From NCBI GenBank assembly GCA_032718475.1, contig JAUCBJ010006743.1, positions 1-64,000 on the forward strand: a stretch of 64,000 nucleotides of DNA. Reading direction: 5' to 3'. Positions 1 through 14,000 of the stretch are shown here, piece by piece. The DNA is from Nemertoderma westbladi. Its lineage: Eukaryota; Animalia; Xenacoelomorpha. Made by a program: the position numbers and the translations under genes. Under the pieces are notes generated by a model, which saw only the letters and a list, made by a program, of their open reading frames with translations, was not told the DNA's origin and did no database searches. The stretch's first letter is position 1. Each line of letters starts with the position of its first letter.

Positions 1-1424
1 AGGGTTAACTTTACGCGGCTATTCAGCTATTGCCTTCAACTAATATTCAATGTTCTTATTTGTTGTACATGTACAGTAGCCGTAGCTGTAGAAGCATTTT
101 ATTATTATTTGAATGCTGGTCGGTGGGTCGGCTTTTATTCAAAGACTTGGGGTCATTCATGATGATGTCAATGATGATGTCAATAACAATAATATTGTAT
201 CTCCATATTAATATAATAGGCTTTCAACCAACCGGCTTTGTATTATATTCATTCGGTATAGTTTAACCTTGACTTTCTAGTTAAGTTATTATATAGTGTT
301 TAGTTTTGTATTCCAGTATTGTTATAGTTTGTTTATTCATAGGCCTAAATGCTTTATAGAGACGTCGAATTACCATAATTAATGGCCTTTCGCATCGATT
401 ATATTAAAGTGTTTCGGGACCTGGGACGACGCCATCCTTTGTTATTACAGGTAATTTATTTATAATAATCCCGTACATAATCATATTAATTACTATACTT
501 ACTATAAGATGGTTTAATTTATTAATTAACTTATTATTTAATTTCATTTACTCAGGTTATTCCAGAGGAACCGTGGCCGGCCGGATTATATAGAGATTAT
601 AGAGAATATAGCGCCGCTATGTAGCGAACTTCTAATTGGTCAATTAAAATTCAACGAATCAGCTGTAGACCCGGGGACTCAGAGCGCGATTGGATATTCG
701 ATCAACGGCACCGTTAGTGTTACCTCGCATCGTGACCTACCCCCCCCCCCCCCCCCCCCCCCCCCCCCGAACCTCCTCCCAATCCCACTGAACCTCTCTC
801 AGTGTGTTATTATATACAGATTAGTTATATACGTTTATACAGATTGTTATCGTCCCCTCCGGTTCGTTCCACCAGGTCCACAATCTGGACGGCTGTATCT
901 CCATAAACCACTACCTCGCCTCTAACTTGGGAGTTCCTCCAAAGAGGAGTTTGGGTTGGGTTGGATGTTGTGGAGAGACTCGGGACGAACGGAGTGCGAC
1001 GTGGTCATGATTAAAAATATTGTAAAAGACAATATAATTTTGTTGAAGTGGAGAATTAAAAATAGTTAAAAATTACAGAAATTATTTATATAGTAAATAC
1101 AATACTTGTGTGAAATAATCTTCATTTTGAATTTTATGTTTTACAATATAAATATATATTTTCGAGACAGAGGGGAAACTGGACGCAAATCACTGGTGGT
1201 GGCACCAAATTTTGCATTCTTCTAATAAATTATAAAATGTTTTACATCAAAATGCAGAACACAAACACACAAAATCCCGTATAAAGCCCACAATACAGAT
1301 ACACCCCGTATATAAACCAAAAGCGCCTAAAATTTGAGTTTAAATATTCGATGGTTTTCAAAATTTGATGCAGCATCGAATTATATCCCGCCGAAGAAAA
1401 ATAAAAGTTTCATAACATTTATAT

Positions 1425-1677
1425 GTCGCAGTGTCCGAGTGGATACGGCGCCTGAACTGCTTACACAATAGTGTTTGGTTGCGCAGGTTCGAATCCGACT
1501 AAAGTCTGTAGAAATTTCGCACTGTTGTGTCCCTAGGCAAGACACTTTAGACATTAGTGCCTACGCCAACCCAGCGGTATAATGGGAACCTAGCTCTGCT
1601 GAGGTAATGATAATAAAAGCGCTTTGAGTATGCTGAGCGTATAAAAGCGCTATATAAATAAACAATATTATTATTAT
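1425..1677 (+). mobile_element. tRNA-derived SINE with conserved central domain and L2-like 3' tail
   Basis: Head GTCGCAGTGTCCGAGTGG (A box) and GGTTCGAATCC (B box, ~1486-1496). Body GTGTCCCTAGGCAAGACACTT...CCCAGCGGTATAATGGGAACC resembles conserved SINE central domains. Tail AAAGCGCTTTGAG...AAAAGCGCTATATAAATA...(TAT)n. TTTATAT on both flanks is a possible TSD. Confidence 0.8.
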
Positions 1678-2184
1678 TTTTTTTTTTTATATCGTCTTTG
1701 ATTTAATCATTATCACATTTGTTTAATCAATATGAAGGTTGCATCTTGTGTTACTTAAAATTAATATAAACAAATTAATATAACTGGTACTTATTGTGTT
1801 ACTTTACTGCAGTGAATTAACTGAAATCGGAGGAACTGAAGGAGTCTCAGTTAATTAGTTAATCATTGTGAGAGTCACAATTCCAACGAGAGTGATCACG
1901 GGATATCCGGTTGGTTTCGATGCGTTGTTGGCTGGTGGATCCGTCGCGGAGTCAGATTTGCCTAGTTAAATAAATGGAAGTTGTTTAGTTTTTGGGATTC
2001 ACTTTCCTTTACTCATTTTTTTTTTTTTGATTTTTATCATTTTGTTTCATTTTAAACTGAGAATTCAATAAAATAAGCTTCTCTATCGTTGATTTTAAAG
2101 TTTTTATTTTCCGCAATTTTGTGGCAAATAAGGTGATATTTGGAAGCAAAATGTGGGTGTCTCCTTGCTGTGGTGGTGTAAAAG

Positions 2185-2318
2185 CTTTTGCGGATATAAC
2201 AAGCCCTTTTTCTCCGCAATATACTGTGTAGGTGTTTTGGCGGACATAACAAACCATTTTTGCCCGCTGTGTCTGCATGTGTGCTTTGGCGGACAAAACA
2301 AGCCATTTTTGCCGCAAT
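2185..2318. repeat. three diverged ~50-bp tandem units (TTTGGCGGACA.AACAAGCCATTTTT)
   Basis: Motif recurs at ~2186, ~2236 and ~2286; possibly subterminal repeats of a DNA-transposon remnant. Confidence 0.55.
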
Positions 2319-4922
2319 GCGCTTAAATACTCTAAAGGCTGGAATTCAGATGACGACCATCTGATGATTTATCTACCAGCTGATTTACTGTACTCGTGGA
2401 ACTTTTTCTTTGTTCTGTTCGGCCAATCAGAGTGATCTTTCACTTTGCGTTGAAAGGGCCTACCGAAAAACACGCAATTCAGTCTGAATGTATCAGTGTG
2501 TTGTGTTATATATTTTCTAAGCCCAGAACACCGGCTTAGGATTCTTCTGTGCTTCTGTAGAAGTTTCAGACTTTGGCCTGAGCATTAGGCGGCTTTGATT
2601 ATCGAAATGCAAAACTATTGCCTAACCATATCAACTGCTTTTTTGTAGACAAGCCGGCACAGCATTCTTAAAAATGCAGCTGCAATGCAGCATGCCGATC
2701 CTAGTAGTATATCAACTGCTGTTGCACTACGTAACACATACTGATTGTTCACCGCCTTATTTTACTGTTGGTTATTAATGGTTATATTTGTTGATGGATA
2801 TGTTGTTATATTTGGAGAATACCGATAAAGAATCATAAAACCCCAATCTTCTTGACTACTGAAGGTGAGAGGACAGGTTACCGGTAGCAATTGCGACTTA
2901 CATTATAGTGGTTTTTGTGTGTATTAAATGCTATTTCATAATCCTTACATGTGTCAGTTGCTATCCTCCTTATATATGATCAAATTCATCAGTGTGAAGT
3001 TGTGTGCAGTGGTGTGATTGGTAATAAAGCTTCTCCTAAAGAATGCACCTTTTGCATAACTCAGTAGCCATCTAGTTGTGATTAGTACTGTATAAGTCAT
3101 AACTCTGTTTTATACTTAAAGTGCCACGTCCTAAAGGAACTGTTAATGTTTCTCCGAAAGTAAATATATTGTCAGAGATTATAGTAACGATCAATCGAAT
3201 AATAAAGTAGGTCTACAACGCAATAATAAGTCAAAGCATCCGAATCCATTCTCCTTTAACAGTGGGGAATGGTCGCGCATAGACTGGCTTCGGCTAATGT
3301 TATTTCAGTGTAATCAATAATTGTTATTGGCTAAAGTTGATTTATAAATTAGAAGACAACTAAAATTGGCAGGTTAAACTGCTAAAGGTCTAAAAGCATG
3401 AACAGTAATAGTTTTTTAGTTTCTTTATTGCACCGTAGGCAATAAAGTCGAAGGTACTGGTCGAACGGTAAGCTGTAGGCCTAACTGCCCAACTGCCCAA
3501 ACCGGTACTTACAAAATTACAACAGTATTATTCGATTTGATAATTATATACCGGAAGGTCTTGATATTTAATCGGGGACTGCTGCCCTGGTTTTTTATTG
3601 GGATTTTACTTATTTCTGTCAGTTTTATTTATCTGTAAGTGTAATATTGAGCAGAAGGCGAGTAAGCCTGCTCAGATTGTATAGATAATTTGTAGGCTGG
3701 ATTGTTGTCTGGCTGTTGTCAGGTCTGAAAGCGATTGCAGTGTGTGTAGAGTGTAGGTCCGATAAAGTAATAGTTAGGAAAGTGGGGCCATCCAGTGTTG
3801 TAAGGTGAATCCCCCCCGAAAGAATAAGTCGTACTACTCGGTTAGAACGCATACTAACTAACCATTTCAGAGTCTGCATATACTGTAGTTTATTTGGGCT
3901 TGCCAGTAGTCTGCCAGCATTTGGTCTGTATTTTGTTTGTATAGTCTGCACGGGTAGCGTAATATTTATTATTCAGAGTTTATGCAAGTATTCGCAACCT
4001 ACATACCCCCAAGTTTATTCCTACAGTAATTGTGCTTGTTATACATACCGTTATAGTTAAATTAACCCCGGTACTACATCAGGGCTGCTTGGCGTAGGTA
4101 AAGACTGGTGATTTTATGCTCTAGTCACTCCAGCAGATACCGCGGTTCTTTTAACTGTCCAAGTATATTTAACTGCTGGTTATTGGTTGTATAAGTATTT
4201 GTACCTAATCTAGGGTTTAGAGTACAGTACTTTCCGAAGGTAATTTAGTTTGTAGGCAGTACATTTGTGTTGTAAAGTGGTTAATAGGCACATTAGCTCT
4301 GGTTGGCTGCGGTAATTAACTTCTAGGTAAGGACACTCCGGGTACATAACGTAGTACTTATAGTGCTGTAGAGCAAAAAGACTGTAAGTTGTCAGACGGT
4401 GGTAATTTCTTATCTGGACAACACAGTGTATTTACTACTGCTTAATTATTTTCAAATACCGTAGTATCCTCTCCGTTTGTGATAACCAGAAATTCTAACT
4501 CCCTGTTAGACTGGTTTGTCGACTTCCTGTGAAATTACCCTAAAATTTGTACGTGTAATTTGTTATTGTTTATTTAGAGATTGTAATCTCACCCTATATG
4601 TAAGTAATTAGTAGTAATAAGTAACTTAGTAAAGTAGAATTATTTGTTTTAGTGTCCAACAGGTAGCACTCCACTGAAAGTGTTTAGCTTCTGTAGTGAC
4701 CCCCTCAACCAGAAATAATAACATTTGTTCAAATATTGACAAAACCCTTGTACGGGTACATATATATTATAAATCAACTCAAACCGATTTATAAAATAGT
4801 AGGCCTGTTATACATCAATTAGGTCCTAATATCAGTTGGACTACTGCTTAATAACAGTAATAAAGTAAAGGAAAGTAACTCTAAAATTCAGAAATTCAGT
4901 TATTCTAAAATAATTGACATTG

Positions 4923-5170
4923 CCGGTATTTATAGTAGGCTTATTATATTTATTTATATAAATTTATGCTGAAATTATATACCGGTATTCTGTAATTAAT
5001 TCTAGTCTATAATCATACTTGTATATACTATAAGTGTATACTGTATACCGGTATTTATAGTAGGCTTATTATATATTTATATAAATTTATGCTTAAATCA
5101 TATACCAGTATTCTGTGACTAATCAGTCCTAGTCTGTAATAATACTTATATATACTATAAGTGTATACTG
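4923..5170. repeat. ~125-bp tandem duplication upstream of element A gag
   Basis: CCGGTATTTATAGTAGGCTTATTATAT...TATACTATAAGTGTATACTG occurs at 4923 and again at 5048 with scattered differences. Confidence 0.85.
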
Positions 5171-5314
5171 GTATCTTAATATATTATATATATATATCGC
5201 GTTACATTGAGTAACGATATCGGTAATTAATTATTAGGCTTACAGTTGATACTGAATTACTAGATCTGCTTTAACTATCGTTATAATAGTAAGCATTCAA
5301 CTGTATAAACAAAC

Positions 5315-6748
5315 ATGGCTGACACAAAGCAAACTCTGTCAGATAGTCTCCTAGAAGCAACAGTCTGCGACTCCGACAGGAGTACCGAACGTTTGAGACC
5401 GAAGTTCAAGTTCCCTCCTACTGTAAGAAAGGTCATCCCTCCAGTAGTAGTATCAGACCCTAGGCTAGTAAAGCACCGTAGGTCTATCATAGGCACTCGG
5501 GCTCAAGTCAAGCGGGACCAAGAGGCAGCTGTTAAACAGCAGCAACATCCGAACCGAGAACTTATTTCTCAGCGGCACAATAGCTCCAGTAGTTCAGATA
5601 CTGTAGAGTTGACACCCGAGCGCAGTGCAATGATGGCAGAAGCAGTTTATTCGGATCCACTTCTCATTCTTCCTGAAGCCGTACTCACTAGGGTATTGAT
5701 TGCGGTGGAGCAACATCAAATCGTTTGGGCGAGAAGTAAGCGATCAACCAAGGACAGTTATGCAGGATACACAAAGGAGGAACTGAAGTCTATTGTCGAG
5801 ACGCAATGGAACTTCCCCGGACCCGGACTCCCGTTTAACTTATCGGAAGCTGCCTGGGAGGACTTATACAGGATGGGAGTGGTAAAGGACACTAGAGATC
5901 CAGCTGTGTGGAAGAGGTCGGCAGCCGGATATGTACAGGGATTCTTCAGCTCTTTGGAGCGATTAGAGGAACAACTGTTCCAACAACCCCAGGGATCTCA
6001 AGAGCAGGGAGAGCTGCTTTATCAAGTTCGAGAACGAATCCTAAGAATCAGACTAATCCTTTCAGCCTTTGAGGAAGCCTCGAAGAGAAGCCAAGACACA
6101 TCGTTGCAAGTTGCCATAAAGACTTGGTTCCAACGGGTGAGTCTTAGAGTCCAAGGGACGACCCAATGGAAAATTCAGCTAACTGAGCTCTCGACCCACG
6201 GAGAATCAACAGAGGCTACCTTTTCTCAGGTGGAAAGCAAAGCGACATCAGAGAAACCTCAGAAGAAGGACGCCATTGACATCTATCTGTCAGACTATCA
6301 GCGATTTATAGTTGACAAAGAGTTAAGGAGACGGCTAGCTGGACTTAACCCTAATAGTGAGGTAGCCAAATTTGTGCTAGTCTCGTTAGATGCGGAAAGG
6401 CTAGCAGCGAATCGAGCTAAATTTGATGAAAGAATCCGCATTATTAGGGTCCAAGAAGAACAACTAAAGAAAAAACAGATAGAAGACAGACAGGAAGCGG
6501 CAGCGGCAGCGATAGAGGCTGAAAGAAAAGCGGCAGCAGCAGCTGCAGAAGCGGAAAGAAAAGCGATAGCAGTAGCTGCAGAAGTGGAAAGAAAGGCGGC
6601 AGTGGCGGTGGCGGAAACAAAACGGAGGGCATCTGAAGAGGCAACCCAACTAGAGTTGGAAAATCTTCAAGAGAAGCAAGACTACTTAAATAAACAGATA
6701 ACAGCTAGTGATATGCAGATGATAAGTCGAACTACTCCCAAGAGACAG
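5315..6748 (+). pseudogene. N-terminal coiled-coil part of element A gag-pol, interrupted by LINE insertion
   Basis: 486-aa ORF with EAERKA coiled-coil repeats. Removing 6749-11064 at the AGACAG duplication gives the in-frame join TTPKRQ-GFTSSDEGDT with the 11065-11187 segment. Confidence 0.8.
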
Positions 6749-7149
6749 TTTAGTTTAGTTTATTGTTATTTATAGGAAAATGTTATAATTAGAACCATCA
6801 CCAAATTTAGTTGTAATGGAATAAAAAGAAAATGTGTATGCAGTGTGCGAGGCGGTGGGTTGGTAAGGGTTGCAGCAATAGCCAGGCTAGTCGAGGCTGC
6901 CAACTGACCAAGGGTAAATGTACTGTATATATAACTAAGTATTATATATTTGAAAAAAGATAAAATAAGAACTGTTATAAACCTTTAATAATTGTTGATC
7001 AGGATCACAAGGAAATATAATAATTTAATTAACCATTTTACAATACACTGTAGTGAAGAAACAGTCCAGCCGCAGTGTATGTGAGTAGGAAATATAATAA
7101 GATAGAGCCAGACATATAGGGAGATATTGTGTAATGTATTATTATGACG

Positions 7150-8611
7150 TTACGTCATGTGTTCAAATAGGTATGTTTTAAATTGACGTTTAAATGAAAA
7201 TTTAGATTTGCTAATAATTAGACTAGAGGGGAGACTGTTCCACAATACTGGCCCAGTGACTGATAATCCTTGGTGTGCTACATTGAGACGGGTTAACGGT
7301 ACTACGAATTTGCCTAAAGTAGATGAACGGGTGTTATATAAATGAATATCAGACAATTTAGTAAAAAAATTTGAAAGAGGGTGATTATTAGAAGATTTTG
7401 ATATATCGTACATTAACTGGCCTAATTGTAATTCAAATATAGATTCGATTGGCAAAATATTTAGTGATTTGTAAAGTGGCACAGAGTGAGCCCGGTAGTC
7501 ACTAAATGTTATGCAACGCAAGATTTTATTAACTTTAATTCTTAGTGGACGTGTTATTGATTTGCAGGCAGTACCCCAAGCAAGAATTCCATAAGTGATG
7601 TAAGGATTAATTAATGTATAATACAGCGTACGTAAAATTTGGCTTGGGAAAAAGTGTCTTAATTTATAAAAAAGTCCGGAGGATCTAGATATTTTTTTAA
7701 GGATGTAATTTATATGCGTTTTCCAGCTCAAATTGTCATCGATAAAGACACCTAAGTACTTAGTGCTATTTACCTTAGTAATTTCTTTGGCTTTAATTTT
7801 AACTTTCGGTAGTCCAAGGCAGTTTTTGTTACTAAAAATAGAGTATTCTGTTTTACTAAGATTAAGTGATAATGAGTTGTCTATAAGCCAGTCCGAAATT
7901 TTTTCCAGTTCAGTGTTTGTGTTGTTAATCAATAATTTTAAGTCTGAATTGAAGCCCAGTAACGTCGTATCGTCGGCAAATAAAGTTGTCAAAAATTTGG
8001 ATGCGTCCGGTAAGTCGTTCACATATTAAAGAAACAGCAATGGTGAAAGGACTGAACCCTGGGACGTTCCGCAGGTTACCGGAAGAGTGGGTGAGATTAC
8101 GCCATTTAAGGATACTGATTGTGTACGGTCTGTTAGAAAACTCCTAAGTAAAGTCTGGGGGGTGCCTCGAATTCCGTAAGATTCTAATTTTTTAAATAAG
8201 GTAGAGTGGTTCAGCGTATCAAACGCTTTTTTTAAATCTGATAAATTGCGCAGATAGATTCTTTTGAGTCAAGGTGAAATCTAATTTTTTCTGTAACCGT
8301 TAGAAAATCCGAAGCCGTAGAAATCCTCTTTCGAAAACCGAATTGTGATGCAGTCAAAATACAGAAACGATCTAAATAAGATTGAAGCTGTGAGTATATA
8401 ACCTGTTCTAGAATTTTTGTAAAAACTGGCAATAATGATATTGGCCTATAGTTATTAGAATCTAGTGGATCAACCCCTTAAAACATGGGATTATTTTAGA
8501 TTGTTTAAGAGAAACTGGATAATGACCTGTTGTGATACATAGGTTAAATAAATATGCTAGATGAGGTGCAATGTATTCAGCAGCAATTTTTAGTAATTTA
8601 CTGGGAAAGTT
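7150..8611 (-). pseudogene. LINE ORF2 reverse transcriptase (frameshifted)
   Basis: Motifs SQFGFR, GVPQGS-like (GTSQGSVLSPLLF region), LFADDT, KYLGVFID and LYYTLINPYITYG, spread over broken frames. Confidence 0.9.
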
Positions 8612-9127
8612 ATAGATAGATAGATAGATTTATTTATACATTATGTAAAAACAATAACAAATACACCAAACAATGTACCGGTATAAAGGTATTGTCCAAC
8701 ATAACATATAGGATTACCCCTAAAGCTTTGCAGCTTATTTCCAAGGGGGTCCTTTATGTTACTTGGTTACAAATACAATATTACACTACGCTAACCTAAA
8801 ACCAATATAAAACGTAATTACACTATGTACATGTACAACTTTACCGAGAGCGTGACAATGCCCGACTCAACGATAAAGATGTAATGTACAGAACAATTTA
8901 TTATAAAACGTAATTACAGTATAAATAGTAAATAATTAATAAACTAATAACTTACTGTAGGACTATTGTACCTATTTTTACATTGCACACGGAGATGAGA
9001 TTTAACTGCAGATTTAAAAGAATGTTGATTATTTAGGTTTTTAATTTCATTAGGCAGAGCGTTCCAATTTTTTATGCCGTTAAAAAAGAAAGTATCAGAT
9101 TCAAAGGATTTACAATTCGGGAGGTAG
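8612..9127 (-). mobile_element. 5'-truncated second CR1-group LINE nested in the first LINE
   Basis: Encodes an ORF2 C-terminus (TFFFNGIKNWNALPNEIK...SFKSAVK). 3' UTR stem GGAAATAAGC-TGCAAA-GCTTT; tail AATAAAT(CTAT)n; AAGTT duplicated at 8607-8611 and 9128-9132. Removal restores ATNDNFPSKLLKIAAE. Confidence 0.85.
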
Positions 9128-9132
9128 AAGTT

Positions 9133-10674
9133 GTCATTAGTAGCGCTGTTTTCATTTATTTGTAAAAGTAGGTAGTGAATTTCAGCTACAGAACTTTCAA
9201 TAAGAGTAAATGAATTCGAGTGTCGATGGTTAATGTGGCGGGTAGGGCATCGGTTAGATCGGGGTATTGTACTGGCAAGTTTTGGTCCAATAGTTGAAAA
9301 ATGTTCGTTGAAAATAGATGCTATTTTATGGGGATCAGACGTTATTTTTGCCCCTACTTCTGTTCTGAAAGTAATTTTGGTAGGGCTTAGGGATTTCTTA
9401 TTTTTGTGTAATACAGAGTTAATTACAGACCACGTCTTGCGCATATTTCCTTTGTTTTTTAAAAATTCTTGATTATAGAATGATTTTTCAGCGGCTCTGA
9501 TTACAGTCGTTAAATTATTACGATATGTTTTATAGGCTTTTTGGGTTTCAGAACACGGTGATTTAATATATTTTTCATATAATTTATTTTTTTTAGAAAT
9601 TGATTTAATTAGCAAAGGAGTTAGCCATGGTTTGCGTGCAATTATTATTTTTGTAATTATTTTTTTAGGTAAGTGTTTTTGGCATAATTGATCAAAAGAA
9701 TTGTAAAAAGTGTCGAATTTTTTATCTGTCGGTATATTATGTGATCGGTAAGCTGCGAGAGGTGGTAATGAAAGGTCGAGCAAAAAACTATTTAAGTTAA
9801 ATTTGCTATAATCATAGCACATTTTAGTATTGGGTTGTTTGAAAAAAGCAGAATAATTATGAAATAACGCAAATGTTCCAAGGTGGTCTGTTGTGCCAAT
9901 TTCTGATAAAAAAACGCCGGCAGTAGTAAAATCATTCGTAATATTAGTAATAATATGGTCAAGCGTTGAATTAGCACCGTGTACAATTCGAGTGGGTTGT
10001 TTTATTAATTGGGAAAATCCGTATGATGAAAGTATCTGTAAGTATCGTGCACTTTCTGATGTCATTTTGTTTAAGTTAACATTGAAGTCACCAGTGAGGA
10101 CGATATCTATATTTTTATCAGATACTTTCGCCAATGCGGGTTCTAGAATATTAATAAAATTATTGTAATTGACAGACGGAGGTCTGTATATTACACCTAA
10201 CACTAAGGACTTATTGTTGGATTTTTTAATTTGGATCCATTTATTATGAATTCCCGACACAGTCAAGTCGTCTCGTTCCGTAAAGGTTAGCGTATCCTTA
10301 ATGTAAATTCCCACACCCCAACCGGAACCTGAGGAACGTCCTTCTGGTCTGTCTGATAGTAGCGGTCCTACATAGTTGTCAAGTTTTAATTTACAGTGAT
10401 TGTCTTTAGCACCTACTAATGTTTCAATAAAAGTGATAACATCAAAATCTTCGTCTAATGTACTTAAAAATTCAGCAGTGTAAGAAAGATTATTGTTTAG
10501 GCTTCTACAATTTATGTGATATACAGAAAAAGAGTTATGATGAGAACCTATACGCTCGATTTCACTGTTAAATTTAGTATCATTATAGTATTCGCTATTT
10601 CGCGCTAAATTTTGAATGTTATTATCCGGATCAATAGTAGCAAAACTAGGATTATCAGCATTTTCGTTGAGCAA
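9133..10674 (-). pseudogene. LINE ORF2 apurinic-like endonuclease and linker
   Basis: Motifs HINCRSL, GVGIYIK, GVIYRPP, TGDFN, PTR, TLDHI, TDH and KPWLT. Confidence 0.92.
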
Positions 10675-11064
10675 ATATAAATCGTCGGAAATTCCGAAAA
10701 TATCATAGTCGTTAGACGGAATATCGCTAAAAGGAAAAATCCCATGTAAACAAAAAATGCAGTAGTGACTCGTAAAAAACTGAGACTGTTCAAGCTCTGC
10801 GGTTTCTCCATGTCAGGCAAGTTCCACACTGCTGGTGATATCTGTTTCTACACACCGCGCATAAAATGGTATTATTGTTATTTTTGAATCCTGAAAAACA
10901 GAGAGCACATGAATTACTACAATTAGAGTTCGTATCAATCTTCCCACCTGCAATAATGCCTCAGCTGACAGCCTGCACACTGCATACTGTCGCTTAATAC
11001 AATGTATATATATTATACACTATGTTATGACTATACACTATACACTATACACTACGTTAGACAG

Positions 11065-14000
11065 GGATTTACATCATCTGATGAAGGTGATACAATAGAT
11101 CCTGAAGGCGGAGGAAATAGATCTCGTTCCAGCCGACGTAGAAGAACGCCCCACCACCAGAAATTGCCTAATTTACCCCCGCTGTGAGAAGGCAACTAGT
11201 TAGTGTAGACTTAGGTAGCCCAGAACCCACAGACCAAATTATTAGAATAGAAAGACTCCCTACTATAGTAGATGAGCCTGAAATAATTGGGCCTGTGCTC
11301 GAAGCCACCCCTTCGGTGATAGAGACACCTGTACTTCCAGAACCTAACTCTAAATTCCCTTTGCACAGTACTAAGTTACCTGTGCCCAGTAGAATAGCCA
11401 CAGAATCAGTCCCAGTCTTGGACGCCGAGCGAGACATCAATGATTTATCGCCCGTCGTCCCTCGTCTACCCGCTACTATGTTGGCGGCTCCCGCTTCGGC
11501 GGTCGAGTGGGTAGATGAGGGACGGCGGAGAATGGATCTCCTGCTCGGACAATTGGAGGAACAGCGCTTGCGTTCCTCCCAGCAGGTCCGAGAGATGGAA
11601 GGGACTGTTCAACAGTTAAAGGGAACAGTAAGAGAAAGTAGGTTAGAGTTGCAAGAAGTGCAGCAGAGTATCGCATTAGAACGCGATAAATTGGTAAATA
11701 TACAAAGGGGTATAACACCACCCCCTGTAACAATGTGTCAACCTGTTAGGTCTGAAGTATTTTATGTACAAGGTGTGGAGCCTACACGCATCTATACTGC
11801 TAGTGAAGTAGAAACTCCTATAGTAACCCCTATTAAGGATAATTACAAACCTGTTGATAATGATATTCCCTATAGTCCTGATCCTAATCCGAGAAATTTA
11901 TATACCGATAACTCGATATTAAATAAAACGATGGCCCAAGAAAGTTTTACGCGTCAAATGGCTAGAACCGAAGCCCGACAAGCGGTAAAGGTGGGAGAGA
12001 TCGTCAAGTTCAACGGGGATGAGATGAAATGGTTACCTTTTAATGAATATTATAAAGATAACATACAGAGTTCCGTACTATCCCACGGAGAGAAACTAAG
12101 ATTCCTCATCGAGTGCTTAGAAGGACCTCCCAAGTTAATGGCGTTAAAGTTTATTGGACATCCAGAAGGATTAAGACAAGTTTGGGATACACTAAACATC
12201 AGGTATGGTAATAGGACTAACATAGCTAGGTATTTGTATGCGAAACTAGTAGCTCCCCGAAAGTTTCTTAGCAGCGGGAATATAGAATTTTCCGATGAGA
12301 TCCAGGAGATCTGTAGACAATTAGATTGGCTAGGTAAGTCTCATGAATATCAGAGTTCTATGGTTGTTTGAGCCGTGGCCTCTACTTTGCCAAAGTCTCG
12401 TACCAGTGACAGGAGAGAACAGGTAACAAAAACTCCTCCTACGTCTCCTAAGAGAATTCATGGAAGAAAGCCCGAGGAAAGAACAAGTGTGCACAACACT
12501 ACCCAAGGTAAAGTAAGTAACATCAAACCCAAATGTGCATTGTGCGACGGGCCCCATCGTTTAAGTGTATGTGATGAATTCTTAAAGAAATCCCTAAAGG
12601 ATAGACGTGACGTCATGTGGGATAAGCGGTTGTGTTATAATTGTCTCAGACAAGGACACCAACAGAGAACTTGTTACTCAGACGCGAGGTGTGCTAAGTG
12701 CAGCGCAAAACATCATATCTTGCTGCACGCAGAATTTGAAAGAACTATCCCGAGTCAGGTAAGTGAGTCCGAACTACATGTCCAATTCAGTGATGTGAAC
12801 GACACTGACCACAGCTCTGAGATGGAAGGATTTTACACGGACGAATTCTCCGACAAAAACGAATCCTGTTATATGATAAACAAGCGGGGTATCGAGCGCT
12901 TACGTATGAGACTGACACCGAGAATGAAGCTCAACCGACCATTCCAGACAGACAACCATCTTGGAAACTTCCAACGTCAGAATTCGTGAATTCCCAGTAG
13001 TTCAACTGAGAGTCCACGGAAAGGGTAAGAGTTTTATAGTAAACGCCCTCCTGGACTCTGGTAGCACAGGAATATTCATCGACAAGGAACTAGCCGAAGA
13101 CATCTTTGCTGGACAACCCAAGTTCCGAACTAAGTTGAACCTTTCAGGAATTATGCAGGTTTGGAAATCTACAGTAGCTACGGACTACTATGTAGGAGCG
13201 TTGTCCACTCCCCAGGATGAACTAGGAGAACATAGCATAAGGTCAGTAAAAATGGTGGCGATAAAGTACTTTGCTACCAGCCAAGTAGAACCTTACAACT
13301 GGGATGAAGATGATTTTACCCAGCAGCATGATATCCCTAGATTCAACACCGACTACCCAGGGGTGCAAATCTTGATCAGTCAAAATGTGCATAAGGCGCT
13401 TGAGACAGTAGAGAAACGGCCTGCTCGACCGCAACCATTGCTAACCTATGCAGGAAGAACTAGAGTAGGTTGGTACTTCACTAGGACCTTCCCGTAGAAC
13501 ACTCATGGAAAGATTACCTACCGAACAAATACATCAGGTAAGTGAGTGGGAAGAAGAAATCAGTGAGGGAGAGATCACACCTGAGGGAACACCATACTCC
13601 TCAGATAACAACGATATTACTCAATTATTTGACGAGGAAAATACAATAGACCTCCTCACCGAGAGTGAAGTTTGGAGAAACCAAATGCAACTGTGCCATC
13701 TTGTCAATCATGGCTGACAACTTGACTACAACGACGAGCTAAATGAGGTGATAGATCAACACAACGCTAAGATTCGCGATAAACACGCCGTACAATTCTT
13801 TACTCAGCACTATCGGTCGAGGAGGAAAGAGCCAAGCAGATCCAAGAAACGACTACACGTTTTCTTAAAGATCAAGGTAGGTATGAGATTGGTCTGCCAT
13901 TCCGACGGCGAGAACCAAACTTTATCAATAACAGACCTTTAGCGGAGAAGAGAATCGCGCAACTACATCGGCGTCTTACAGCCAATGCTTCAGCTAAAGA

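Larger units (their letters stand above)
6749..11058 (-). mobile_element. CR1-group (CR1/L2/Crack-like) non-LTR retrotransposon inserted in element A
   Basis: APE endonuclease plus RT on the minus strand; 3' tail AATAAACTAAACTAAA; 6-bp TSD AGACAG at 6743-6748 and 11059-11064. Confidence 0.92.

Noticed and set aside
740-768. Long poly-C tract
   Set aside because: Simple homopolymer of uncertain length with no associated structure.
3625-3951. Minus-strand ORF with LILSGGIHL resembling a 2A-like (LLLSGDIxxNPGP) LINE peptide
   Set aside because: Lacks the DxExNPGP core and has no adjacent LINE domains.
1-5314. 5' LTR/PBS of element A
   Set aside because: No second copy exists in the window to define an LTR (A's 3' end is lost), and no convincing CA-TGG junction was identified.
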